Below, piece after piece: positions 1-13,734 of a stretch of DNA of 64,000 nt (positions are counted from its first letter, which is position 1; the number at the start of each line of letters is the position of its first letter). A program made the position numbers and the translations under genes. The notes beneath the pieces are model-generated. The model did not search any database. It saw only the letters and a program-made list of their open reading frames with translations, and was not told the DNA's origin. The DNA is taken from NCBI RefSeq assembly GCF_006345805.1, contig NC_043025.1, positions 13,206,001-13,270,000 of the forward strand, in the 5' to 3' direction. Origin of the DNA: Octopus sinensis. Its lineage: Eukaryota.

Positions 1-89
1 CCCCATTTTGAATTATATGGATAATACCATACAAAATTCTGCTGCCTTTAACTTAAGTACCATATTCAACTGAATCTAAATTTTTACTG

Positions 90-133
<44 letters not shown>

Positions 134-1869
134 CCGGTCTAAGGAAAGCGGAAATCTAGGGTAATCCCATAGACCGGCCTTATCTATCTATATTACTATA
201 CTGCTTCTTTTCCGGATTTATGATTTACCGAACACACACACACACACACTTGTATCTTGAACTAAATCCTTTGCAATAATCAAAATTTTAATCGCGCGGG
301 CGGGCACACCTGAAATTTCTTCCAAAATTAGCATTTCTAGTGACATATTTTATACTTATTAATTCTCACAATCAAACACTAAATACTTTAAGCTTTTAAA
401 GCACTTTTTCTTTATTACGTAGTCACGTTATTTTACTATAATACCCCCCTATCCTCATCCCAAAATAATTCTTACTAAAAAAGGTTTGTATTTAGATTAA
501 ACACCGAATATATATTTCTTTAATTCCAGCGCTTTCGTATTATTTTGATTTAAAAAATAATAATTATAAATCTATAAAAAAAGTTTATAACGCCATTTTT
601 TTTTCTGGCCGGAACAAATAGGTTTTATGAGAAAAAAATTAAATAAATAAATAAAAACCCAGAAAAAAGGTTATGGTAAAAAAGGGGGCAAAATAATTTT
701 GTTTTATTTTCGGAAGTTTAAAATATACAAATAAACTATTTTATGTTGAATAATTATCTTACGTTATTGTACAAGATTATATCCACACACACACACATAA
801 CCACGCACATATGAAGCTCACTTAATTGGCTTTAATTACCTTAATTGAGCTAATCAATAAACTTATTCAGTATGTTGCTTGGAGGAGGAGGGGTGGAGAC
901 TATGATCAGAGTCTGTCTGAAGTAAATAAGTCGAAAGACAAATCTCGAATATAACCATATAAAGAAGCCGTGTATACACGCATGAATGTGCGCGTGTCTG
1001 TGTGTGTATATATAGTTATATATGAATACCCGGATATCTTCTTACACACCAAGCACACACAACACCCCGAATGATGTAATAACATTTAGAGGTGGCAGCA
1101 AGGAAAAATCGGCGAATAAGATACAGGTTGTGTAAAGGCAATATTACAAAACCCCAAAAAATGAACAATTTACACAGTGCACACGAGTATATTATACACA
1201 CTATATAATATATATATATATATATATAAATTAGAAAAAAAAACCCACCTTTGTATGTATAATTATATATACCAAATATATACGTTTTATTTATTATTTT
1301 GCACATTACTTAATCATCGGTATATTATTGTTATTTTAATATTTCTATTATATGTCATTTCCTAGATGATGTAATTTAACTGTTCATTTTGAATTGATAA
1401 AAGGTGGGGTTTTTCTCTAATTTATATATATATATATATATATTATATTTTGTGAAATTTGATTTAATATTTCTAAATTGAATTTTTCCCTGTAAATTAG
1501 GAATAATATTCCCTCAAATTATCATATATATATATAGATATATATAGATACATATATAGATATATAAAACATGCAAATGACATGCAAATGACATGCAAGT
1601 CAAAAGGAGTTGCGTTAAAAATATATTTTTTTAAAAAATGGAATAAAATAAATACAAGCGTATAAAAATAAGGAGTGAGAATTCTGTATGTATAATAATG
1701 AGTGTATATAGTTTGTGTGTATATATAATAAATGTCAAATGTAATAAATAGAGTGTAATGTACATTATACACAAATAAATGTTGTCCTTCAACTGTCAAG
1801 GTTATGGCAACGTCCTTGACAGCAGCTGAACACGTGACTAAGTGGGAGGAGCAGACAGCAGACACAGAT

Positions 1870-3870
1870 ATACATACATATACGTGTATATGCATATATA
1901 CATATATATATATATATATATACATACAAGTATATATATACACTGAATAATATACGATTATACAAATACATACATTAAACATATATATATATATATACAC
2001 ACTGAATAATATACAATTATACAAATGCATATATGTATATACATACACATACATATATACACACTGAATAATATACAAATACATACATGCATATACGTAT
2101 ATACATACATATACATATATACATACATATATACACATACATATATACATACATATACACATACATATACACATACATATATACATACATATATACATAC
2201 ATATATACATACATATATACATACATACATACATATATATATGCGCAGTACATTTTTCTAGAATATATGTATATACACACATATATGCAAGATACACTGC
2301 ATATACTATATACGCAATGTGTGTGTGTGTGTATATATATACATATACATACATACACGTTATAAGCAACAGATATATATACACGTACACAAGCGTTATC
2401 AGAGATTATATACATAACATAATTAAGGGATCATCAAAAGTTCCTTCACCACATACCGAAATTTAGAAATAGCAGTCAAACTACTAATAAAAGAGAGGAC
2501 AGCAGCGTATATATATATACACACATATACACTCTACTCTGTAGGTAAATGTTAATATGTTAATTTATGTTAATTTATGCGAGTCGAGGAGGGGATTACG
2601 GAACACAGAGAGATGCAACTGTGTCAGTTTATCTCCATCATCTGGGCAAGATGCAATAACGGTTTTCTAAAAGACAAATTCTACAAAAAAATAGAGTCGA
2701 AAGTTGGAGGGGAGGGAGGGGAAGGTTTTTGTATCGACCCAAAGAAGGGGGGGGGCATTTTTAAGGAGAAATGCCGGGATTTGAACTCGGAATAGGAAAA
2801 TATTTAAGCAGTGATGGATATAGGTACACACCTACATATGGAGAGAGAGAGAGAGAGAGAGAGCAAATGATTTCAGTATATAATTGTGGGTATAGATATT
2901 TGCATGTGTATACAAAAGTATTGGTGTATGTATATATATATATATATATATCTATATACACATGATTTCAGTATATAATAGTGGGTATAGATTTGTATGT
3001 GTATACACAAGTATTGGTATATATATATATATATATATACATACATGTATGTATGTATGTATGTATGTGCGTATGTGTGTGTATATATATATGTATATTA
3101 ATATGATGTTTGTAACATACATTCAATGTATATATGCATATAAATACACAAACGCATATGTGATGTGTGTATGTATATACACACATATATAGGGACAAAT
3201 ATGACATATATATATAAATATGTAATGTGTGTGTGTGTATAATACATATACATATGTGTGTGTGTATAATATATATACATATGTGTGTGTGTATAATATA
3301 TATACATGTGTGTGTGTGCATAATATATATACATGTGTGTGTGTGCATAATATATATACATGTTTGTGTGTGTGTGTATAATATACATATATAAGTGTGT
3401 GTGTGTGTGTGTGCATAATATATATATATATATGTGTATGTGTATTATATATATATACATGTGTGTGTGTATTATATATATATATATGTGTGTATAAGAT
3501 ATGTGTGTGTGCATAATGTGTGTGTGTGTGTGTATAATATATATATGTGTGTGTGTATAATATATATACGTGTGTGTGTGTGTATAATATATATACATAT
3601 GTATGTGTGTATGTATAATATATATACATATGTATGTGTGTGTGTGTGTGTGTGTATAATATATATACATATGTATGTGTGTGTGTATGTGTGTGTGTAT
3701 GTATATGTGTATGTGTGTACAATATATATATATACATATATGTGTGTGAGTGTGTGTGTATAATATACATATATAAGTGTGTATGTGTATGTATAATATA
3801 TACATATGTGTGTGTGTGTGTATAATATACATATGTGTGTATTTATATATGTGTGTGTGTATGATGTGTG
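1870..3870. repeat. Complex (TA)/(CA)/(TG) microsatellite tracts with higher-order subunits
   Basis: Direct inspection; source of the spurious YI/HT/CV ORFs. Confidence 0.95.
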
Positions 3871-4109
3871 TGTGCCCTTGCAGTGTCAAGGTCGTCGTCC
3901 CGTCCTTGACAATCGTCATCCGAGGAGAGAGAGACTGGGCGATGGCAGCGTACATAAAAAACCATTATACACGCAATCGAAGCTTCGATATACACAAACG
4001 AATGTCCAGACGGACACATAGTGTCTCTCTATATATACACTCGTATGTATGTTTAGGAAGGTTGAGGAATGGAATTGAGAGTTTGAAAGATTTGATGTTG
4101 TTTACTCAC

Positions 4110-4156
4110 CGAAACGCTTAGGAATGGAACCCGGTATTACAGCTGTGGATAGGAGT
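4110..4156 (-). CDS. Candidate 47-nt internal exon of an unidentified minus-strand gene
   Basis: tctcccctctgcgcag|...cgtttcg|gtgagt. Only the phase-2-entry frame is open (RLLSTAVIPGSIPKRF), matching the donor phase at 24146. Confidence 0.35.
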
Positions 4157-4199
4157 CTGCGCAGAGGGGAGACGGGCTACGTCATTTATATATGCATGG

Positions 4200-5680
4200 A
4201 AGTGTAGAGAGAGGGGGAGAGGGAGGTAGAGTTGGGAGAGAGAGGAGGGAGGGAGGTGGAGAGAGAGAGTGTGGGGAAGAGGGGGAGTGCCGGAGAGAGT
4301 GAGGAAAGAAGGAGTGAGAAAAAAGAAGAGAGGGGGAAGGTCGGTTGAGTTGGGAGAGAGAGAGGGAGTTGGAGAGAGAGAGAGAGAGAGAGAGAGGGGG
4401 ATGAGGCGGAGGGAGAGAGAGTAGAAGTGGAAGGAATGAAAGAGAGTGGGGGATAGAGCGAAGTGAGAGAGGAAAAGAGTATGGAAGTGAAGGAGAGAGA
4501 GAGAAAAAAGAAGGAAGAGGGGGAGGGAGAGAGAGAAAAAAGAAGGAAGAGGGGGAGGGAGAGAGAGAAAAAAGAAGGAAGAAGGGGAGGGAGAGAGAGA
4601 AAAGAGAGTATGGAAGTTCGGGAGTGACAGAGAGGGAGAGAATGGGGAAAGAGCGGAGTGAGAAAAAAGAAGGGAGTGGGAAAGAGGAGGAATGAGAGAG
4701 AGAGGAATAGGAGGAATGAAAGAGAGAGGAAGAGAGTATGAAAGGTCGGTTGAGTTGGTAGAAGGAGAGGGAGGGAGGTGGAGAGAGAGTGTGGGGAAGA
4801 GGTGGAGGGAGAGAGAAAAAAGAGAGAGTATGGAGGTGCGGGAGTGAGAGAAGAAGTGGAAGGAATGAAAGAGAGTGGGGGATAGAGCGGAGTGAGAGAG
4901 GAAAAGAGTATGGAAGTGAAGGAAAGAGTGAGAAAAAAAGAAGGGAGTGGGGAAGAGGAGGAGTGATAGAGAGTATGGAAGTGCAGGAGGAGAGTGAGGA
5001 AAGCGCGGAGTGAGAGGAAGAGTGTGGGGATGAGCAGAGTGAGTGAGGAAATAGGAGAAAGTGATGAAGGAAAGAGAGTGAAGAAGAGAGAGAGAAAATG
5101 AGGTGGAGTGAGAGAGAAAGTGAAAGTGTGAAACAGCGAGAGAGGAAGAGAGATTAGCTGAGATGAGTGTGATAGAGAGAGAGGGTGAGAGGCAGAGAGG
5201 AGACAGAATAACAAATGGAGAGAGAGGAATAGTAGTAGGAGGAAGGGTGTTAGATGGAGACTGAGTAAGGGGAGGAGGAATGTTAAATGAGGAAGAGGGA
5301 GAAAGACAGATACAGGCGAACAAGGGGAGAGAGAGACGAAATTAGATGCAAAAACGGTTTTAGGTGGGGGGAGTAGGAGGAAGAGCGAAGAATAGCTGCA
5401 AAAAGACTAGGAGTTAAAATAAGGGGGGTAATGTTAGAGGGGTGAGTGAGAGAAATAGGAAGATGTATACTGGGGAGGAGAAAGAGAAAGGGGAAGAATG
5501 ACAGAAATATGGAATAGAGGGAGAGAGTGAGAAGGAGGAGGGACGGCAGACAGAGAGAAGTGGAGAGAGGGGAGGGAAAGGGAGAGGAGGAGGAGAGATG
5601 ATAGACAGAAAAGATGAGAAAGTGGAGAAACGACAGATAGAGAGGAGGAGGAGAGGAGAAAGAGAGGCAGATAGAGGGAG
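4200..5680. repeat. 1.5-kb polypurine (GA-rich) tract with internal degenerate repeats
   Basis: Almost pyrimidine-free + strand; potential triplex/G4 former. Confidence 0.9.
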
Positions 5681-5919
5681 GTGGAGGTCGAGCAAGTGAG
5701 CAGTCGCAGCGCGAGATGCTCGGCTGCACGTGCGAGGAGCTCCCAGCGTTATGGTGGTAATGGGAGGGGGAGTGAAAGGAGGCTTGGCAAGTTGTCAACA
5801 TTGTTGCCAAGTGTGGAACGCATAGAAGTACAACTTGACAACTTGTTAGCTATTTGGCTTCAGTGTCGCCCGTTTGCTGTGTTTGGATTTTGTAAACGTA
5901 CTTTTACGTGCGCGCGCGC

Positions 5920-6284
5920 GCATGTGTATGTATGTATGTATGTATGTGTGTATGTATATGTATGTATGTATGTATATATGTATGTATGTAGTATGTATGT
6001 ATGTATGTATGTAGTATGTATGTATGTAGTATGTATGTATGTACGTATGTATATGTATGTATGTATGTATGTATTATGTATGTATGTTGTATGTATGTAT
6101 GTAGTATGTATGTATGTATGTATGTATGTATGTATGTGTGTATGTATGTATGTATGTATGTGTGTATGTATGTATGTATGTATGTATGTATGTGTGTATG
6201 TATGTATGTATGTAGTATGTATGTATGTATGTTGTATGTATGTATGTATGTATGTATTATGTATGTATGTTGTATGTATGTATG

Positions 6285-6347
<63 letters not shown>

Positions 6348-6504
6348 GTGTATGTATGTATGTATGTATGTATGTGTGTATGTATGTATGTATGTGTGTG
6401 TGTATGTATGTGTGTATGTATATATGTATATATATATATATATGTGTGTGTGTGTACGAGTAAATGTATGTATACATACACACAAGATCCTACGAGTGTA
6501 TATG

Positions 6505-6560
<56 letters not shown>
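5920..6560. repeat. (TATG)n tetranucleotide array with CA/TA flanks
   Basis: Direct inspection. Confidence 0.95.
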
Positions 6561-6569
<9 letters not shown>

Positions 6570-7639
6570 AAGAGAGAGAGAAAGTGCCTAAGATAGTGCT
6601 CCAGTATGGCCGCAGCCACATGGCCGAAACGTATAAAATGAGAGACAGAATATACACTTATATACAAATATACATGATGCATGTCTACGACAATATAACT
6701 GTTTTTAGGTGCGTGTATATATACGCACAAATGTCTTCGAAATATACGCAGTTATTTTCTGCATTACGACCCCCCACCACCACCATCACCACCATCACCT
6801 CCATCGTACGGCATACCATCACCACCAGCACCACCACAAGGCAAAGAAACCCCCTACGTAGTCGCTTGTCTGCTAGAAATAGCAACCAAATCTGCCTAAA
6901 AGTCGCAATTATTATACGACTGTATGATTTTCAAACGGGATGGTCGTGGCTGTAATTCTTTCTGAGTTTGGCCACGGGGCAGGGGAAGGGGGTGACAACC
7001 TCCCCACGACCACCTCTCCTCCACCTTCCACCGTCATATGAACTTTGACCTTGGTATTCAATCTCTCATTGCCTTCCTCTCCAAGACGCCTCCTCACAAC
7101 TGATAAACAATCTGAGATGAGACACAACATCGTCTAGTTTAGGCCATCCTGGGCCCAAGTGTGTGTGTGTGCATGCAAGATGGTGTTGGGCATGGCTGGG
7201 TGGTAAGAAGCTTGCTTCCCAACCACATGTTTTCAGGTTCAGTCCCACCACATGACACCTTGGACAAGTGTCTTCTACTATAGCCTCGGGCCGACCAAAG
7301 CCTTGTGAGTGGATTTGGTAGATGGAAACTGAAAGAAGCCCTTTGTATATATGTGTGTGTGTATATTATATATATGTATATATATATATATATATATATC
7401 TTTAATAGTTTCCAATTTTTCCACAAGGGCAGTAGTTTTGGGTGAGGGATAAGTCAATGACATTGACCCCCCAGTGTTTACCAAGTACTTAATTTATTGA
7501 CCCTGAAAGGATGAAAGGCAAAGTTGACCTTGGGGGAATTTGAACTCAGAACATAGCGATGGGTAAAATACTGCTAAACATTTCATCCAGCATGCAGCTG
7601 CCTTTTATGTGTGTATGTGTGTGTGTATGTGTGTGTGTA

Positions 7640-7671
<32 letters not shown>

Positions 7672-10600
7672 GGCACAAGAGTGGCTGTGTGGTAAGTAGC
7701 TTGCTTACCAACCACATGGTTGGGGGTTCAGTCCCACTGTGTGGCACCTTGGGCAAGTGTCTTCTACTATAGCCTCGGGCCGACCAAAGCCTTGTGAGTG
7801 GATTTGGTAGATGGAAACTGAAAAAAGCCCTTTGTATATATGTATATGTATATATATAAATATATGTGTTTGTGTGTGTTTGTCCTCCCAACATCGCTTA
7901 ACAACTGATGCTGGTGTGTTTACGTCCCCGACTAAAGGTGGTGCTCCAGCATGGCCACAGTCAAATGGCTGAAACAAGTAAAAGAGTAAAGAAGTTACTC
8001 CAGTAGAGATGTTAATACAGAATAATTTTTTTTTCTAAATCAAGTTGCCTCAGTAAAAAAAGATAGCTTAAACTGTGCTCTAAATGGCGGTGTAGTCAAA
8101 TCCTATTTTATGAACCCAACCATGTTCTAAAATAAGTCGAAAGGTAAGCTGCTATAAATCGGCACGAAGTTTCTGGACAACCCAATATATAAGTTAAGTT
8201 AAAGTTAATTTTTTGGCTCAAAGAGCAAAAAGCAAGGCCATGTAAGGGGATATGGAGTTATGTACAGGGAGGGTGTTCATGCAAAGAGTTCAGGCCATTT
8301 CTGGTCAAGAGAGAATCATCTTTATTTAAGATATGAGGAATTATGTACATTATTTACATTTGACGGATATTTGTCCTCATCTTGTTTGTTACTCTTTTAC
8401 TTGTTTCAGTCATTTGACTGAGGCCATGCTGGAGCACCGCCTTTAATCGAGCAAATCGACCCCGGGACTTATTTTTTGTAAGCCCAGTACTTATTCTATT
8501 GGTGTCTTTTTGCCGAACCGCTAAGTGACGGGAACATAAACACACCAGCATCGGTTGTCAAGCAATTATAGGGGGACAAACACAGACACACAAACACACA
8601 CACATACATATATGTGACAGGCTTCTTTCAGTTTCCGTCTACCAAATCCACTCACAAGGCTTTGGTCGACCCGAGGCTATAGTAGAAGACACTTGCCCAA
8701 GGTGCCACGGAGTGGGACTGAACCCGGAACCATGTGGTTGGTAAACAAGCAACTTACCACACAGCCACGACAAGCTTCTTTCAGTTTCCATCTACCAAAT
8801 CCACTCACAAGGCTTTGGTCAACCCAAGGCTATAGTAGAAGACACTTGCCCAAGGTGCCACGCAGTGGGACTGAACCCGGAACCACGTGGTTGGTAAACA
8901 AGCTACTTACCACACAGCCACTCCTGCGCCTTTTCTGATATCCCAATAAATATTCATAAACCTGTTTTCAATCCATTTGTTGTTGTCTTTCATTATTGTG
9001 TCTACCTGTTTGTGTTAGAAATATCTTTAAAAAGACAATCGGTAAGGTGTGTCTGATAAACAGCCAATGGCCTTCATGCAATTCAAAAGGTGTGGCTTTC
9101 ATGGAGCAGGATGTGTTATGGAAAACTAAGAATCTGTTTTTGTTTTGCACTGTGGGTCATGTGTCCTGAACAACCTATATGCTTGTAACCGTGACAGGGT
9201 GTGCCCCTCAAGATATCATTTCTGATCAGTGACTGAGAGTTGGTGCGTTTTAAATGTGAGATAAACTTGTCATATTCTGGGAAGGTATTTAATCAATTGT
9301 TTTAGTTAAGGAAATGTTTGTAGCAGGAAACAAAAGCAGGAAAAGATGAACAAAGACAGAGAAGGAAATAAGTGAAAGGATTGTCTAGGAGGATGTGGAG
9401 GGCAAAAGGTCATTGGACCCCACAAGCTTAACTGGTGGCGACCCCTGTTGTGCTCTTTCGCCACAACTTTCTCTCAGTCTTTCTTCCTGTTTCTTGAGTA
9501 ACACTGCAATGGACTGGCATCCCATCCAGCTGGTGGGAACACATACTCCACAGAAACCAGGAAACCAGGCCCATGAGATTGGCTAGGCTTGAAAAGGGTG
9601 CATAAATAAAATAAAATAAAATAAAATATAGTTTAGTACAGTTTAATGTGTACGAAGTATAATAAAAAATAACCAATTTTAAGTAAGAAACAGTTTCTTT
9701 GTCCACCTATGCTGTTGAATGTAATTCTAATACCTTTCACCGAATGATAATTTCTGGAATAGCTGCAGCACCATATATTTTTTGTGGGGCAATGAATAGG
9801 TTGTGGGGATATGTGGCTTAACAGTTTGGGTGTTGGACTTTATAATCGTAAGAGGCTCCGGCAGGGGATGGTGGCGACCCCTGTTGTACTCTTTCGCCCC
9901 AACTTTCTCTCACTCTTTCTTCTTGTTTCTTGAGTAACGCTGCGATGGATTGCCACAGAAACCGGGAAACCGGGCCCATGAGCCTGGCTAGGCTTGAAAA
10001 GGGTGCATAAATAATTAAAGAAATAATGTCTTGCATTCAACAGACACATTTGTCTAATCGCAGACAAAATCAAAATCATCAGTGACCCCATTGTGAGTTC
10101 GTAGCCAAAGCCACACCTGAACTCAAATTACATCCATCACAAATGGACGCAAGTTTTTTTCTTTTAAAAGTATTCTCTTTTACACAATCTATTTTTTTTT
10201 CTTCATCTTTAAATCCTCTCCGACAAACATTCAAACATCAAAATCTCAAAATGCACAGGAGCGACCATCATCATCATATTTCTTTGTCAAATCTGACAGT
10301 CATCAGTTTGACACAATGAGATTTCTCTGACCTCATTGCACTGACTGACCTCAATGCACTCTGCCGTGCAGTAGGGGGTGGAGGGCATCGCCCCCCCCCC
10401 CAACTGACATCTGACATTTCACGACATGTAACAAAGCAAGGTGAGAGAAATACTGGGAGAAGGACCATCCTAATGTGTCGTCCCTCTTTTTAGTCTTATA
10501 AGATATATGTGAGAATGTTATCGTTTCATCTATGATTTCAAATTTTGACACAAGGCCAGCAATTTCGATAAACTAAGTACCAGCATGTTGTATTTATTTT

Positions 10601-11122
10601 ATTGTCCCTGAAAGGATAAAAGGCAAAGTTGACCTTGGCTAAATTTGAACTCAAACTGTGAAAACAGATGAAAAGCCCCCAGCATGCTAACGATTATGCT
10701 AGCTTGCCACTTTTGAATGATTGATAATATTAATAATTCTTTCTACTATAGGCACAAGGCCTGAAATTATATAGGTACAAGAAGGATAATTGATTGCATC
10801 GACCCCCTCCCCCATACTGGTGGCACATAAAAGGGAACCCATACCAGTGACATGTAAAAGGCACCCATGTTGGTGGCACGTAAAAGGCACTCATTCCACC
10901 GACACATAAAAGATACCCATACTAGTGACATGTAAAAAGCCCCTGTGCTTGTGAGACACACAGAGGGCACCCAGTACACTCTGTAGAGTGACTGGCATTA
11001 AGGAAGGACAGGCATACAGATGTAGAAACCCAGCTGGAACATAGTGGAGCCTGGTGCAACTCCTGGACTTACCAGCTTTGGTCAAGCCATCCAACCCATG
11101 CCAGCATAAAAAAAATTCTTAA

Positions 11123-11599
11123 CCCTTTTGATACCAACCTGGCTGAAACCACCTCTGGCTCTGTAGTACAAATGTCTTGTTTTCGTAAGTTCTGAATTAA
11201 AATCTTCCACCAAACCTTAGTCACAATTTATGTTCCTAACACTAGCTGAATGATAACTAAGTTATTTTACTAAATTCTTTGTTATATTTAAAATTAATTG
11301 AAAGAAACACAGAGCACCTCAACAGAAATATGGTAACAAAAGGGTTAAGATATATAATAGAGAAACAATTCTTAACCCTTTTGATACCAACCCGGCTGAA
11401 ACCACCTCTGGCTCTTTAGTACAAATGTCTTGTTTTCATAAGTTTTGAATTAAAATCTTCCACCAAACCTTAGTCACAATTTATATTCCTAACACTAGCT
11501 TAAGGATAACTAAGTTATTTTACTAAATTCTTTGTTATATTTAAAGCAATTGAAAGAAACACAGAGCATCTCAACAGAAGAAATATGGTAACAAAAGGG
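11123..11599. mobile_element. Two piggyBac-like MITEs (11123-11344, 11376-11599)
   Basis: Each flanked by TTAA; 14-bp TIR CCCTTTTG(A/T)TACCA. Confidence 0.8.
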
Positions 11600-12109
11600 T
11601 TAAATGATGATGCAAAGCTGTGACCTTGTCCCATTTGTGTCAAGATGACTCTGTTACCTTAAGAGTACATGCATCAGCAAAACAGCTGTTCACTATGTCG
11701 TCTCTTCCTTCAACACTTTAAGGTTGTCTCATTTATACTTGTATGCAGATTAACGTGTGTTCATGTGTGTGTGTGTGTGGGGGGGTACTGGCATATGTAA
11801 CTCTTTACTCTTTTTACTCTTTTACTTGTTTCAGTCATTTGGCTGTGGCCATGCTGGAGCAGCGCCTTTTAGTCGAGCAAATCGACCCCAGGACTTATTC
11901 TTTGTAAGCATAGTACTTATTCTATCGGTCTCCTTTGCCGAACCGCTAAGTGATGGGGATGTAAACACACCAGCATTGGTTGCCAAGAGATGTTGAGGGG
12001 ACAAACACAGAGACACACAAACACATATATATACCAGCATCGGTTGTCAAGCATTGTTGGGGAGACAAATACAGACACACAAACATGCACACACACACAT
12101 ATATATATA

Positions 12110-12492
12110 CTAGCAGTATCGCCCGGCGTTGCTCAGGTTTGTAGGGAAATAACTATAAAGCATTTTCAGAGAGTTTTATAGCCAAAAATAGCAAAAAAAT
12201 GGAAAAAAATGATGGTAAATTTTTTTTGAGAGTTAAAAAGGATGGAGTTGCGTCCCCTAGACAGTTTGTGGTTCGTGTTTCTGATTCTCGACCCCATGTC
12301 GAATTTTATCGATTTTTTCAGAACTGGGGGAACTTTTCAAAATTTTGGCTGCGTTAGTTTTGAATTAGACATTGGGCTATGTGTGTGTCAAGTTTCATCA
12401 GAATCAGTTGAAAGCCGTGGTCAGGGTGAGGGTACAAGCAAACAGACACACAGAAACACGCACAGACAAACTGCCGTTTATATATAGAGAGA
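12110..12492 (-). mobile_element. Non-autonomous Helitron, different internal sequence, nested in a SINE
   Basis: Same CTAG 3' end and hairpin; 5' TC at 12492-12491; splits a SINE-A copy. Confidence 0.75.
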
Positions 12493-13008
12493 TGTATACA
12501 TATACACGATGGGCTACTTTCAGTTTCCGTCAACCAAATCCACTCACAAGGCTTTGGTCAGCCCAAGGCTATAGTAGAAGACACTTGCCCAAGGTGCCAC
12601 GCAGTGGGACTGAACCTGGAACCATGTGGTTGGTAAGCAAGCTACTTACCACACTTACTATGCTATTATATATTTGCATATATTTGTGTGTGTGTAATAA
12701 AAATATGTGTATTTGTGTGTGTGTAGGTGAGTTTTTGCATACCAACATACTTATATGTGTGTGCATGTGTGTGTGTATACAGAGTGGTGCCCCAGTATAG
12801 CCACAATCAAAGAAGTAGAACAAAAGAATATAGACGTATATGTGTGTGTTATAGACAGACACATACCTATAGTCCTATAAATTCCACTGTCGCTAAATTA
12901 CATATCTATGACATTATTTTACATATCCAAAACATTCTTGTATCTACACACCTCCTCTTTCTGAACACTTTCTCTTAAGTAAATATACACATATTTTCTA
13001 TACATTTG

Positions 13009-13084
<76 letters not shown>

Positions 13085-13237
13085 CATATAGAGATACATA
13101 TGTAAATAGATGCTATGTATATACATACAAGCACACACGTGTTTGAATTGTAATAAGCCAAAATTCTCTGGTTGCCATCTTATCCATGAATAAAGTACAT
13201 AATAATAATAACTACATGCATTTTATCCACACACACA

Positions 13238-13288
<51 letters not shown>

Positions 13289-13734
13289 CACACACACACA
13301 TATATTCATATACATACACACACATACATACATTCATATACACACACACACACACATATATATATATTGATATATATTCATTCACACACACACACATACA
13401 TCCATATACACACACACACATTCATATACACTCACACACACATATATATATACTGATATATATTCATTCACACACACACACATTCACCCAAACACTGCTC
13501 TAAAACAATTAGAAAGAAGCCAACCAGAGTTCTGTCCCCTCGTTTCCCCTTCGACCTTTCCCCTCTGTTCTTCTGCTGAGCAACACATGAAGAAGCGTCC
13601 ACCTTGTGGCTTTCATCTTTAATTAAAGCAAAAGGTGAGTAAAATCTCTCAGACTAAACTCTAACACCTGCCCACCCACACCCATGCTGAGCCTTAGATT
13701 CCACACCATTAACCTTAGATCCATAATGGCATCT

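Noticed and set aside
131-180. 11-bp inverted repeat AGGCCGGTCTA...TAGACCGGCCT
   Set aside because: Single small instance with no TSD or second copy; cannot assign a function
1497-6570. Long ORFs of Y/I/H/T/C/V or S/L/P/F repeats in the ORF track (also 43-44 kb, 52.4-52.8 kb, 58.3-59.1 kb, 63.2-63.8 kb)
   Set aside because: They are translations of microsatellites and polypurine tracts that lack stop codons by composition
9702-9820. Peptide FHRMIISGIAAAPYIFCGAMNRLWG resembling the gypsy RT motif RLPFGxxxAPxIFQ
   Set aside because: Too short and degenerate to call without a profile search
10325-10362. Direct repeat TGACCTCA(T/A)TGCACT resembling nuclear-receptor elements
   Set aside because: Short, only partial match to defined response elements, and no supporting context
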